DNA of 64,000 nt from Candidatus Latescibacterota bacterium (GTDB lineage: Bacteria; Latescibacterota; UBA2968; UBA8231), in the NCBI GenBank assembly GCA_965200315.1, contig OZ241362.1:4000001-4064000 (forward strand). The letters are read 5' to 3'. The translations under genes and the position numbers were made by a program. Below the pieces are notes generated by a model. It saw nothing but the letters and a program-made list of their open reading frames with translations, searched no databases and had not been told where the DNA came from. Below, in pieces: positions 10,854-20,529 of this stretch (position 1 is its first letter; each line of letters opens with the position of its first letter).

Positions 10854-11519
10854 CTACTCGTACAAATCGGTGCCGAGGTTATCGGCCCAAAGGAAAAAGT
10901 CCTCGAGATCAACCATGCCGTTGCCGTCCATATCTGTGGCTGGCTTGAATTCGGCTTGGCCGAAGTTGGCTTGCAAAATGCCGTAGTCTAAAAGGTCCAC
11001 ATCGCCGTCGTAGTCAAAGTCGCCAAGGAGCAACATGTTCTTGACTTCGGCAGACTCGATAGGAGCGCTCTCATTGCCGCTTTCATCGACGACCGAGACC
11101 ATGTAGAAGTACCGCCTGCTCCCCGCGCTCACGTTGATCGAGGCATCAACTAAGGACGTCACGCCGGAACCGACGCTGCCGACTATTGCCAAGCTGCCGG
11201 AGCCATCGGCGAGACGACGCCATATATTGTAACCAGCCACATCGTTGACGTTGACAAAGGTGCCACCCGTCGTAAAGTCACTGCTCGTCGGGACCCGGCG
11301 CACAGTATCGTCATCGGATAAGGGCCAAGAAACGGTAATGCTCCTTCCACCTTCGTTGAACTCAGCCTGTACTTCGCCAACTGGGACAGGCGCAAGGTCG
11401 TCAGTATCCGCTGCCGACTCAGAGACCGTCACCTGTGCTGCCGCCGGCCTCGCACACAGCAAAACGCCGAGTCCCAATAAGGCCAAACTCCCGATAGCTC
11501 CCTTTATGCCTTTCGACAT
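10854..11519 (-). CDS. Secreted FN3-like protein with a C-terminal dockerin-like domain
   Basis: Signal peptide; ITVSW..GYNIWR..YFYMVSVVDESGNES; GDFDYDGDVDLLDY / DMDGNGMVDLEDF; start MSKGIK after GGAG. Confidence 0.8.
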   Translation of the reverse strand: MSKGIKGAIGSLALLGLGVLLCARPAAAQVTVSESAADTDDLAPVPVGEVQAEFNEGGRSITVSWPLSDDDTVRRVPTSSDFTTGGTFVNVNDVAGYNIWRRLADGSGSLAIVGSVGSGVTSLVDASINVSAGSRRYFYMVSVVDESGNESAPIESAEVKNMLLLGDFDYDGDVDLLDYGILQANFGQAEFKPATDMDGNGMVDLEDFFLWADNLGTDLYE

Positions 11520-11603
11520 ATCTGATATCCTCCTCTGAATGCTCAATGGATCAAGTTCTGATTTGGCCTCAGCATAGGCCATGAATAAGCGTTTAACGTA
11601 TCA

Positions 11604-11697
11604 ATAATATCAACAGTTCGCTGTAAACTCAAGGAATTAACGCAAATTAGCGTCATTAATTGATTTTCTTGACCCGATTAATGGGCCCCCATATTTT
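11604..11697. promoter_or_regulatory. Divergent sigma70 promoters (FN3 genes leftward, dnaG rightward)
   Basis: Minus TTGAGT-17-TATTAT (11604-11632); plus TTGACC-17-TATTTT (11669-11697). Confidence 0.55.
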
Positions 11698-11741
11698 GCT
11701 CAATGGTGCTGTTAATATAGAAAAAAAGCCCCCCGCTAGCA

Positions 11742-13532
11742 ATGCCACGCAACCATGAAGCTGAAGCCATTCGCGACCGCATCCGCGACGCTACCGACAT
11801 CGTCGATTTGGTCTCCGAACACGTCCAACTCACTAGGAGGGGCCGCAATTTTTTAGGTCTCTGCCCGTTTCACGAAGAGAAAACCCCTTCCTTCAGCGTC
11901 AACCCCGACCGCCAATTCTACCACTGCTTCGGCTGTGGCGTCGGCGGCGATATCTTCAAATTCATCCAAGAGATCGACCGCGTCACTTTTGTCGAAGCGG
12001 TCAAATTCCTCGCCGAGCGCACCGGTATCGCTCTGCCCGAGCGTTCGGGGCCATCGCACGAGGAAGCCGAAGCCGCCGATGAACTCTACCGAGCCAACGA
12101 CCTAGCGCAAAAGTACTTTCGTCATCTGTTGCTTAACGACGAGGTCGGTGCCAGCGCCCGTGAGTATCTACAGACCCGCCGCCTCACAGACGAAACCATT
12201 GAGCGCTTCGGCTTGGGCTACGCGCCGCCGGAGTGGGACGCCTTACTGAAAGTAGCCGGTCGACGAGGTTTGAGTCCCCAAGTCTTGGAACGGGCCGGGT
12301 TGGCTCTACCGCGCTCCACAGGCAGCGGTCACTACGACCGCTTCCGCGACCGGATCGCCTTCCCCATCGCCAATCTCTCCAATCGGACTATCGCCTTCGG
12401 AGCACGCGCACTCCAGCCCGACCAAGAGCCTAAATACCTCAACTCGCCTGAAACGCCCATCTATCACAAGGGCCGGGTGCTCTATGGGCTATCCATCACA
12501 CGCGACGCCATTCGCCGCCAAGATGCTGTATTAGTCGTCGAGGGCTACATGGACCTCATCAGCCTAGCACAGGCCGGCATCGAACACGCAGCGGCTACCT
12601 CTGGCACGGCCCTGACCGAAGACCACTGCCGCACGCTCGCACGCTATGCCCGCCAAGTCGTGCTGCTGTTCGATGGCGACGCAGCCGGTTCCACAGCCGC
12701 CATGCGTGCCCTCGAAGTTCTCCTAGGCACTGGGTTGGACGCCCGCGTCGTCTCGCTGTCCTCCGAGCACGATCCTGATACCTTCGTCCAAGCGCACGGA
12801 CCGGACGCACTGCTCAAACGAGCCCAAAATGCCCAGTCAGTTCTCGATTTCTACCTCGAACAGCTCGCCCAGCAGCACGATCTCTCCAGCGTCGAAGGCA
12901 AAGCGCGCACTGTCGAAAGGCTCAAACCGCTTCTGGCCAAGCCCCGCGATGCAGTCCGCCGCGACTTGCTGCTGCGCGAAGTCGCTGAGCGCCTCTCGGT
13001 TGACGAGCAATCCCTGCGCCACGACCTGCAAGCCTCCATGCGCCGTCCCCAACAACCGCGCAAGGCAGTTGCCGAGCCATCCCCAATGGATGTGCCCGAC
13101 CCGCCGCGTCACGAGCTCGAATTCATGGGGCTGTTGTTCAACTTTCCGCAGCTCATACCCGAAACTGTCCGCGAATTCTCCCCCGATTCGCTAAGCGACG
13201 CCCGCACTCAGGTCCTGTGTCGCACGCTCTTCGACCACCATGCCCACGGCAAAGCCATCGACCTCGGCACGATCATCAGCGAGCTACAAGACGATGCACT
13301 CGCACGCCAAGCCGCCCAATGCGCGGCCCAAGGTTTCGACGAGGAGCAGGTCGAACGGCAATGGCGCGACTATTTGCTTTACTTTCAGAAAAGTGCGCTG
13401 CAAAAGCGCATCGACAACGCACGTCAAGCCCTCGCAACGGCATCCGACGACGGCGAAGTTGCACGCATCAGCGCCGAACTCGTCGCGCTCAACCAAGAGC
13501 GCCAAGCGGTCACGGCCCAACAAAGCTCTTGA
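11742..13532 (+). CDS. dnaG: DNA primase
   Basis: CPFH..CFGC zinc domain, YDRFRDRI, KYLNSPET, TOPRIM VVEGYMD and FDGDAAG. Confidence 0.98.
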   Translation: MPRNHEAEAIRDRIRDATDIVDLVSEHVQLTRRGRNFLGLCPFHEEKTPSFSVNPDRQFYHCFGCGVGGDIFKFIQEIDRVTFVEAVKFLAERTGIALPERSGPSHEEAEAADELYRANDLAQKYFRHLLLNDEVGASAREYLQTRRLTDETIERFGLGYAPPEWDALLKVAGRRGLSPQVLERAGLALPRSTGSGHYDRFRDRIAFPIANLSNRTIAFGARALQPDQEPKYLNSPETPIYHKGRVLYGLSITRDAIRRQDAVLVVEGYMDLISLAQAGIEHAAATSGTALTEDHCRTLARYARQVVLLFDGDAAGSTAAMRALEVLLGTGLDARVVSLSSEHDPDTFVQAHGPDALLKRAQNAQSVLDFYLEQLAQQHDLSSVEGKARTVERLKPLLAKPRDAVRRDLLLREVAERLSVDEQSLRHDLQASMRRPQQPRKAVAEPSPMDVPDPPRHELEFMGLLFNFPQLIPETVREFSPDSLSDARTQVLCRTLFDHHAHGKAIDLGTIISELQDDALARQAAQCAAQGFDEEQVERQWRDYLLYFQKSALQKRIDNARQALATASDDGEVARISAELVALNQERQAVTAQQSS

Positions 13533-13571
13533 CCTACTTGGGAAAAATGCTAGGTTTTTAACAACTTTACG

Positions 13572-13648
<77 letters not shown>

Positions 13649-13715
13649 TTATTTTTTCCACAGGCGCGGCTGCGAGGATTGGGACACCAATTTTTGTAGC
13701 CGTTTTTTATTTCTC

Positions 13716-15911
13716 ATGCAGAGCGTTATAGCCATCCTGCTATGGGCCACAGCCGTCTGGGGGCAGATGGACGCCGGCGTCAATCGCGGGGATTCGCGTT
13801 TTATGGCGACGGTGCTGGCGCGCCTCGCCCAGCGGGCCGATCCTATTGCCAACATCTATCTGAACAAAGCCCGCGTCGAGGGCCTTAGTTCCCTGCTGGG
13901 GCAACCGATGAGCGTGGGCAAGCGGCTGAACATGCGCCTGCGCATTGCCCAAGAGCAGGTGCGGGCCGGGGATTTGCGCATGGGCATCGAAGAGATGCAA
14001 AGCGTACTGGCAGCCGTAGAGGCCGGGCAGATGCCGGCGACCGAGGGTTTCGTCTATATGCTGCACGACCTGCTCGCCATCGCCTATTTGCGCCTCGGAG
14101 AGCAAGAAAACTGCCTGCACAACCACACCACGAATTCCTGCTTGCTGCCGATCCGCGGCGACGGCATCCACCGCTTGCAGGAAGGCTCCCGCCGCGCTAT
14201 CGAACACTACACCATAAACTTGAACAAACGCCCAAGCGATCTGGGAACGCGCTGGCTGTTGAATTTGGCGTACATGACCTTGGGCGAATACCCGCAAGGG
14301 GTGCCAGAAAACTGGCGCATTCCCCCGCACGTATTCGACGGCCACAGCGGCGGGATCCAACGCTTCCGCGACGTGGCACCGGCGGCTGGAGTTGCGGCTA
14401 TAGGGCTAGCGGGCGGCAGCGCAGTCGAGGACTTCGATGGAGACGGTCTGCTAGACATTGCGGTTTCTTCGTGGGGGCTGCGCGATCCACTGCGCTATTT
14501 CCACAACGAGGGCGATGGCACCTTTACCGAGGCCACGACAACGGCCGGGCTGGCCGGGCAAATCGGGGGGCTCAACCTCGAACAGGCTGACTACGACAAC
14601 GACGGCGATGTCGATCTGCTCATTTTGCGCGGTGCCTGGATGGGGGAAGAGGGCCGCATGCCCAACTCTCTGTTGCGCAACAACGGCGACGGCACCTTTG
14701 TGGACGTGACGCGGCGCGCCGGCTTGTTCTCCTTGCACCCGACCCACTCAGCAGCCTTTGCCGACTACGACAACGACGGCTGGTTGGATCTGTTCGTCGG
14801 CAATGAGTCCGGCAAGCGGCCCCACCCATGCCAGTTGTTTCGCAACCAAGAGGACGGCACGTTTGTCGATGTGGCTCCCGCAGTCGGCATCGATCACGTG
14901 GGCTTTGTGAAGGGCGTTGCTTGGGGCGATATAGACAACGACGGTTTGATCGACCTATACGTATCTCAGTTCTATCGAGAAAATGTCCTCTATCGCAACC
15001 TCGGCGACACACCAGCGGGCTGGCGCTTTGCCGAGGCGGTCGTCGCGCCGGGGCCGAACGAGAGCTTTCCCACTTGGTTTTGGGACTACGACAACGACGG
15101 CTGGCTCGACTTGTTTACCGGCGGCTACAATATGAACGACCTCGGCGACATGGCGCGTGCGTACCTCGGCGAAGAATTTGCCGCCGATCACGCCCACGTG
15201 TATCGCAACAACGGCGACGGCACCTTCACCGAGGTCACCGAAGCGCTGGGGAGCTTTGGCCAAGTCATCCTAGCTATGGGTGCCAACTACGGAGACTTGG
15301 ACAACGATGGGTTCCCCGACTGCTATGTCGGCACTGGGATTCCCGATCTGCGCTCGCTCACGCCCAACCGCATGTTGCGCAACGACGGTGGGGCGCGGTT
15401 TTTGGACGTCACCACCACAGGCGGCTTCGGCAACGTGCAGAAAGGGCACGGCGTGTCCTTTGCCGACTTCGACAACGATGGAGACCAAGACGTCTTCGAG
15501 GTCATGGGCGGAGCCTTTGAAGGCGACCTCTACCAGAACGTGCTCTACGAAAATCCCGGGCACGGCAATCGCTGGCTGCGGCTGTTTCCCCAAGGCGTGC
15601 AGTCGAACCGAGGGGCTATTGGCGGCCGCGTGCGCGTACGCGTGCGGCAACCAGACGGCAGTACCCGCGACATTCACCACCTCATCGGTTCGGGCGGCAG
15701 CTTTGGGGCCAACCCGCTCGCGCCGCACCTCGGTCTGGGGGACGCCACGGAATTGGTCTTCGTGGAAATCACCTGGCCAGCGACCCATCAGGCGCAGCAC
15801 TGGCAGGGGCTGACGCTCGATCGAGCGTACCGCCTGCGCGAAGGCCACCCATCGGCGACTGAAGTAGCCCTGCCGAAATTCCACTTTGCCGCCGGGCACA
15901 ACGGACATTGA
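13716..15911 (+). CDS. CRTAC1/ASPIC-UnbV family secreted FG-GAP repeat protein
   Basis: Signal peptide, repeated DYDNDGxxDL and NNGDGTF motifs, C-terminal SNRGAIGGRV..GGSFG..HLGLG (UnbV-ASPIC). Confidence 0.9.
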   Translation: MQSVIAILLWATAVWGQMDAGVNRGDSRFMATVLARLAQRADPIANIYLNKARVEGLSSLLGQPMSVGKRLNMRLRIAQEQVRAGDLRMGIEEMQSVLAAVEAGQMPATEGFVYMLHDLLAIAYLRLGEQENCLHNHTTNSCLLPIRGDGIHRLQEGSRRAIEHYTINLNKRPSDLGTRWLLNLAYMTLGEYPQGVPENWRIPPHVFDGHSGGIQRFRDVAPAAGVAAIGLAGGSAVEDFDGDGLLDIAVSSWGLRDPLRYFHNEGDGTFTEATTTAGLAGQIGGLNLEQADYDNDGDVDLLILRGAWMGEEGRMPNSLLRNNGDGTFVDVTRRAGLFSLHPTHSAAFADYDNDGWLDLFVGNESGKRPHPCQLFRNQEDGTFVDVAPAVGIDHVGFVKGVAWGDIDNDGLIDLYVSQFYRENVLYRNLGDTPAGWRFAEAVVAPGPNESFPTWFWDYDNDGWLDLFTGGYNMNDLGDMARAYLGEEFAADHAHVYRNNGDGTFTEVTEALGSFGQVILAMGANYGDLDNDGFPDCYVGTGIPDLRSLTPNRMLRNDGGARFLDVTTTGGFGNVQKGHGVSFADFDNDGDQDVFEVMGGAFEGDLYQNVLYENPGHGNRWLRLFPQGVQSNRGAIGGRVRVRVRQPDGSTRDIHHLIGSGGSFGANPLAPHLGLGDATELVFVEITWPATHQAQHWQGLTLDRAYRLREGHPSATEVALPKFHFAAGHNGH

Positions 15912-15948
15912 CTCAGTAGCCGTTGGAGACTAATTTAAAAACGCTTTT

Positions 15949-16025
15949 GGGCGATTAGCTCAGTTGGTTAGAGCGCCGGTCTCACATACCGGAGGTCCGC
16001 AGTTCAAATCTGCGATTGCCCACCA
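15949..16025 (+). tRNA. tRNA-Val(CAC)
   Basis: GGGCGAT...ATTGCCC-ACCA; anticodon arm CCGGT-CTCACAT-ACCGG; GTTCAAAT T-loop. Confidence 0.93.
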
Positions 16026-16030
16026 TTGTT

Positions 16031-16073
16031 AAAGGCCGTGCGAAGCGTATCTCAGCTTCCACGGCCTTTTTTT
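16031..16073 (+). terminator. Intrinsic terminator after tRNA-Val
   Basis: AAAGGCCGTG...CACGGCCTTT followed by a T-run. Confidence 0.7.
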
Positions 16074-16080
16074 AGCGATA

Positions 16081-16112
16081 AAAAGGCACCTACCCGCAAG
16101 TAGGTGCCTTTT
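16081..16112. terminator. Bidirectional terminator
   Basis: AAAAGGCACCTAC-CCGCAA-GTAGGTGCCTTTT between convergent genes. Confidence 0.8.
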
Positions 16113-16127
16113 GTTCTGCAATCCGCG

Positions 16128-16802
16128 CTATGGATATAGATGCTCTTTTACTAAAGCCCAAGGCGTCGGTAAAATGCTCGTTCCCATGACGGGTTCGGGC
16201 GCTTCGCTCCCATCCGGGAGCAGGTACGCGGGGATGGATCCCGGCGTGCCCAACTCGCTGGCACCCGCATCCCAGCCGCTTTGCTCGGTCGCCGTCGCCC
16301 AGCTTTCGGGCTGGTCGCCGGGCTGGTCAAAGGCGATGCGCACCATGGCACTTTTGCTGGCTGAGTCACCGGCGAAAGGGGCCCCGCGGCCATCGTCGGC
16401 CAAGTCGACGAGCTGGCCTCCAGCTTGCGGGTCGCCGTCGTACAGATGTAAGAGCAACTTGGTGTTGGGCAGCGAAACCGCGGCGTCAACGCGCTGAGGA
16501 TCGACAGCGAGGAGGGAGTTTTTGTGATCGGCAGCGTAGTTAGCGATGAGAAAGGTCTGTCCGGCGGGGATCGTAGCGGCCTCAAGGACGAACATCACCT
16601 TGTCCTCGTCGCCGCTGCGATAGGTCAAAGTCCAGCCGGCTATATCAACCGTTGCGTCGCTGGGATTGTAGAGTTCGATCCACTCATCGGCAGTAGATGC
16701 CGTACTACCCGACCACATCAACTCGGATATGACGACTGGGCCGGGTTGGGCTGAGAGAGATGCGGCGAGAGCACAAAAGATAAAGGCAATGAAAGGACGC
16801 AT
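16128..16802 (-). CDS. Secreted lamin-tail-domain protein
   Basis: Signal peptide; VVISELMW..DEWIELYNP..VDIAGWTL; GTPG; RBS GGAGG before MRPFIA. Confidence 0.85.
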   Translation of the reverse strand: MRPFIAFIFCALAASLSAQPGPVVISELMWSGSTASTADEWIELYNPSDATVDIAGWTLTYRSGDEDKVMFVLEAATIPAGQTFLIANYAADHKNSLLAVDPQRVDAAVSLPNTKLLLHLYDGDPQAGGQLVDLADDGRGAPFAGDSASKSAMVRIAFDQPGDQPESWATATEQSGWDAGASELGTPGSIPAYLLPDGSEAPEPVMGTSILPTPWALVKEHLYP

Positions 16803-16846
16803 GGCAGCCTCCAAGTTAGGGTGAGATGGCAATTGCCATGCGCTTA

Positions 16847-16893
16847 ATGCAATATGCGTACCTAGGGTTTTCTATTTTTATAACATATTGTAA
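16847..16893 (-). promoter_or_regulatory. Putative sigma54 promoter with an upstream IHF-like site
   Basis: Minus strand TAGGTACG-CATA-TTGCAT (GG-N10-GC); TACAATATGTTA in the AT-rich tract just upstream. Confidence 0.55.
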
Positions 16894-16967
16894 AATATAA
16901 AAATATAAAATTCACACTGCGCGTATTACCCGTGCTCAGTGCGTCTATTCGGCAACAGTTCTGACAC

Positions 16968-18395
16968 CTAGTCGATACAGGGTGCGCGGGCTGTGAGTGC
17001 CGCGCATAGCTTCTGTTGCAAGCCGCCGAAACCGCCATTGCTCATAAAGACCACCAAGTCGCCCGGGTGGGCTTCTGCCGCTAAAAAAGCGGCCATCGAT
17101 TCGGCGTCGGACAGATAGCGGGCTGTCTTGCCGGTGGCGCAGAGACGCTCCACTAAGCGCTCGGGCGAAAACGGTTCGTCGTCCCGGGCGCGTTTGGGAT
17201 AGGGGACCGCGGTTGCGACGAACGCGTCGGCCAAGGCAAATGCCTCGACATAGCGATCCTCAAAGATAGCGCGGGCATTGGTCGCGCTGGCCGGCTCGAA
17301 AACTGCGAGGAGCCTGCGTTCGGGATGGGCTTGGCGCAGCCCCTCTAGAGTGTGGGCGACCGCAGTGGGATGGTGGGCGAAGTCGTCGATGAGGAGAATG
17401 TCGTCAATGAGGCCAATCTGCTCCTGCCGACGCTTGACGCCGGCAAAGCCGGCCAAGGCCGTGCGCAGGTCGTCGGCAGTTAGGCCAGCGCGGAAACCAG
17501 CGGCCAAGCTGGCGAGCGCATTGCAGACGTTGTAATCGCCGCTCAGCGGCAAGTCGAAAACTCCCACCTCGTGCCCCGCCCGGCACAAGGTGAAGCGCGT
17601 GCCCTCGGCACGAGCTTGGAGGTTGGTAGCGCGCCAAAACGCGCCCTCCTCAAGGCCAAAGGTCTCCACCGGTGCCAGCGCGGCGGGCAGGAGTTCGGCG
17701 ATATTGGGGTCGCTGCCGTTGGCTAGAATCAGACCGTTTTCCGGCACTATGTTGATGAGTTGGCGGAAGGCTTTGACGATTTCGGCAAGGTCTTGGTAGA
17801 TGTCGGCGTGGTCGAATTCAATGTTGTTGACGATTAGCACATCGGGTAGGTAGTAGAAAAATTTCGCCCACTTGGCAAAGAAGGCACTGTCGTATTCGTC
17901 GCCTTCGACGATGAAGTCTGCGCCTTGGCCGAGCCGGTAGGAGCGGTCGAAGTTTTGCGGCACCCCAGCGACCAGAAAGGAAGGGTCCAAGTCGCAAGCG
18001 GTGAAGAGGTGGGCGACGAGCGCCGTAGTGGTGGTTTTGCCGTGGGTTCCAGTTACCACGACCGAGCACTTGCCGCGGAGGAAGAAATCGCGCAGCACTT
18101 CTGGGAGCGACATATACGGGATCCGGCGCGAGAGTACGGCCTCGGCCTCTGGGTTGCCACGCGAGACGGCGTTGCCAATGACGACCAAATCCGGCGCTGG
18201 CACTAGGTGATCCGCCGAGAAGCCGGCCCGCACGTCGATCCCCAAATCCTCGAGCATGGTGCTCATCGGCGGATAGACGTGGCTGTCCGACCCGGTGACG
18301 CGATACCCCTGCTCGCGCAGCATGCCGGCCAAAGACCCCATGGCCGTGCCGCAAGCGGCAATCAGATGAATGTGGGAATCCAAGGGAAGCTGCAT
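16968..18395 (-). CDS. mpl: Murein tripeptide ligase Mpl (MurC-like)
   Basis: CGTAMGSLA, VYPPMS, GTHGKTTT, EGDEYDSAFF, DDFAHHPTA, MSNGGFGG; start trimmed to MQLPLD. Confidence 0.92.
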   Translation of the reverse strand: MQLPLDSHIHLIAACGTAMGSLAGMLREQGYRVTGSDSHVYPPMSTMLEDLGIDVRAGFSADHLVPAPDLVVIGNAVSRGNPEAEAVLSRRIPYMSLPEVLRDFFLRGKCSVVVTGTHGKTTTTALVAHLFTACDLDPSFLVAGVPQNFDRSYRLGQGADFIVEGDEYDSAFFAKWAKFFYYLPDVLIVNNIEFDHADIYQDLAEIVKAFRQLINIVPENGLILANGSDPNIAELLPAALAPVETFGLEEGAFWRATNLQARAEGTRFTLCRAGHEVGVFDLPLSGDYNVCNALASLAAGFRAGLTADDLRTALAGFAGVKRRQEQIGLIDDILLIDDFAHHPTAVAHTLEGLRQAHPERRLLAVFEPASATNARAIFEDRYVEAFALADAFVATAVPYPKRARDDEPFSPERLVERLCATGKTARYLSDAESMAAFLAAEAHPGDLVVFMSNGGFGGLQQKLCAALTARAPCID

Positions 18396-18505
18396 GTCCG
18401 TATATACCGTTGGGGAAATATAGATGTCAAGGGAAGCGGGCCAGTTTGTGCGCGGCAATCGGCGATTGTTTTATTGTGGAGCACTTGCTTGCAAGAGAGG
18501 AAACC

Positions 18506-19477
18506 ATGGGCCAAGAGAAAAAAGAAAAAGAAGAGATTTTTCTGTCCCTCGTCATTCCCGTTTTTAACGAAGAGGAAAGCCTGCCTCATCTATGGGACCA
18601 GATCGATAGGGCTTTGGCGACGGTGGAATGGTCTTGGGAGGCCATTTTCGTGGACGACGGGAGCACGGACGGCTCGTTTGCGGTCTTGGGCGAGTTGGCC
18701 AAACAGCATCCGCAGGTGTGCGCCTTGCGCTTCCGCCGCAACTACCGCAAGGCCGCGGCCCTCGCCGCCGGCTTCAAGCAGGCGCACGGCCAAATCATCG
18801 TCACCATGGACGCCGACCTGCAAGACGACCCCCGCGAAATCCCCCGGCTGCTGGCCGAGCTAAACCGCGATTACGACTTGGTCTCGGGCTGGAAGGCCAA
18901 GCGCCACGACCCTCTGAGCAAAACCCTCCCCTCCCGCTTGTTCAACTGGATCACCTCGCTGGTCTCCGGGGTTCGCCTGCGCGATTTCAACTGCGGGCTC
19001 AAGGCGTATCGGCGCGAGGTGACCGAAGATGCGCTGCCTTATCTCTACGGAGAATTGTATCGGTTCTTGCCCGCCGTGGCCCACTGGATGGGCTATCGAG
19101 TCGGCGAGATCCCGGTGCAACACCATCCCCGCCGCTTCGGCCATTCCAAATTCGGGGCCAAGCGGTTGCTAAACGGGTTTTTGGACCTGCTGACCGTGAC
19201 CTTCGTCGTGCGCTTTATGACCATGCCCATGCACGTCTTCGGCAGCTTGGGGCTCGGCTCCACGCTTTGCGGCTCGGTCATTTGCGCCTATGTGGCCTTG
19301 CTGCGCTACGAGCACGGCAACATCCAAAACCGCCATCCCCTGCTCATGCTGGGCATCCTGCTAATCATCGTCGGCATTCAGTGCTTCTCCATCGGCTTTT
19401 TAGGAGACATGATCGCCAGCATGCACCAGCGCGGCGGGCGCACCCCGCGCATTGCCGAGTGCCTAAACGGGCGATAG
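18506..19477 (+). CDS. GT2 polyprenol-phosphate glycosyltransferase (ArnC/DPM-like)
   Basis: SLVIPVFNEE, FVDDGSTD, MDADLQDDP, DFNCGLKAYR, two C-terminal TM helices. Confidence 0.9.
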   Translation: MGQEKKEKEEIFLSLVIPVFNEEESLPHLWDQIDRALATVEWSWEAIFVDDGSTDGSFAVLGELAKQHPQVCALRFRRNYRKAAALAAGFKQAHGQIIVTMDADLQDDPREIPRLLAELNRDYDLVSGWKAKRHDPLSKTLPSRLFNWITSLVSGVRLRDFNCGLKAYRREVTEDALPYLYGELYRFLPAVAHWMGYRVGEIPVQHHPRRFGHSKFGAKRLLNGFLDLLTVTFVVRFMTMPMHVFGSLGLGSTLCGSVICAYVALLRYEHGNIQNRHPLLMLGILLIIVGIQCFSIGFLGDMIASMHQRGGRTPRIAECLNGR

Positions 19478-20527
19478 CTCTTTCAGGGCCGCCAGCAACG
19501 CGGCGATCTCTGCGTCCGTGCCCACCGAGATGCGCAGGCAATCGGCCAAGCGCGGCGGCGTGGCAAAGTAGCGCACCAAGATCCGGCGCTCCTTGAGCTG
19601 CGCGTATAGTTCGGCAGCGGCGCAGTTGGTCCAGTGCTCGCCGAGCTTGGCGAGCACAAAATTCGCCTGCGAATCCCACACGTAAAAATCCAACGCCCGC
19701 AGCCCCGCACATAGGCGCCCGCGCGTCGCGCAGACGCGGGCGGCGTTTGCACACATCGCATCGATATCTTCTAAGGCAGCCGCGGCGGCCACCAAGCTCA
19801 GCCGATTGAGATTGTAGTGGTCCTTGACCTTCCACATCCCCTCGATCAGCGCGACCGGGGCAAAGGCAAAACCAATGCGCATACCAGCGAGGGAAAAGGA
19901 CTTGGACATGGTGCGCACGACAATGGCGTTGGGGTGTTGCTCGATGAGCTGAATGCAGCCCCCCTGGGAAAAATCGACATACGCTTCATCCACGACCAAG
20001 ACGCCGTCAATCCGCGCACAGAGCGCGGCGACTTCGTCATAGGACACAAGGGTACCCGAAGGAGCATTGGGATTGGCGAGAAAGGTGATGCGGGCCCCGG
20101 GCACGGCTAAACCCTCGGGCAGGGAAAAATTTTCGTCGAACTCGACCGGGACCGACTCAGCTCCCTGGATGTCGATCAGCGGCTTGTAGTAGCCGTACGT
20201 GGGATGGGGATAGGCGATTTTGTCGCCCTCGCCGGCAAAGCTGCGAATGATGACGTGGAGCAGCTCGTCCGAGCCATTGCCGACCATAATCTGTTGGGGA
20301 TCAATGGCGAACACCTCTCCCAATTTGCGGCGCAGGGCCCAAGCGTCTGGGTCGGGATAGAGGCGCAGATTAGCTGAGCAGGCATCGCGCAACCGCGCTA
20401 GCACTAAGGGCGAAGGCGGGTAGGGGTTTTCGTTGGTATTGAGCTTGATGTAGCCCTTTTCGCGGGGCTGTTCCCCAGGGACGTACCCGCGCATACGAGC
20501 GATATTGGGGCGGAACAGGTCCGACAC
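19463..20527 (-). CDS. hisC: Histidinol-phosphate aminotransferase
   Basis: YVPGEQP, KLNTNENPYPPS, GNGSDE, DEAYVDF, RTMSKSFSLAGMRIG. Confidence 0.95.
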   Translation of the reverse strand: MSDLFRPNIARMRGYVPGEQPREKGYIKLNTNENPYPPSPLVLARLRDACSANLRLYPDPDAWALRRKLGEVFAIDPQQIMVGNGSDELLHVIIRSFAGEGDKIAYPHPTYGYYKPLIDIQGAESVPVEFDENFSLPEGLAVPGARITFLANPNAPSGTLVSYDEVAALCARIDGVLVVDEAYVDFSQGGCIQLIEQHPNAIVVRTMSKSFSLAGMRIGFAFAPVALIEGMWKVKDHYNLNRLSLVAAAAALEDIDAMCANAARVCATRGRLCAGLRALDFYVWDSQANFVLAKLGEHWTNCAAAELYAQLKERRILVRYFATPPRLADCLRISVGTDAEIAALLAALKELSPV

Positions 20528-20529
20528 GG

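Noticed and set aside
14430-15490. Recurring TACGACAACGACGG-like DNA repeats
   Set aside because: Explained by FG-GAP protein repeats (DYDNDG) within the CDS.
18628-19596. Long alternative-frame or antisense ORFs (e.g. 18628-19596, 27390-28259, 54721-55584)
   Set aside because: Shadow ORFs typical of GC-rich coding DNA; no motifs, and they overlap well-supported genes.
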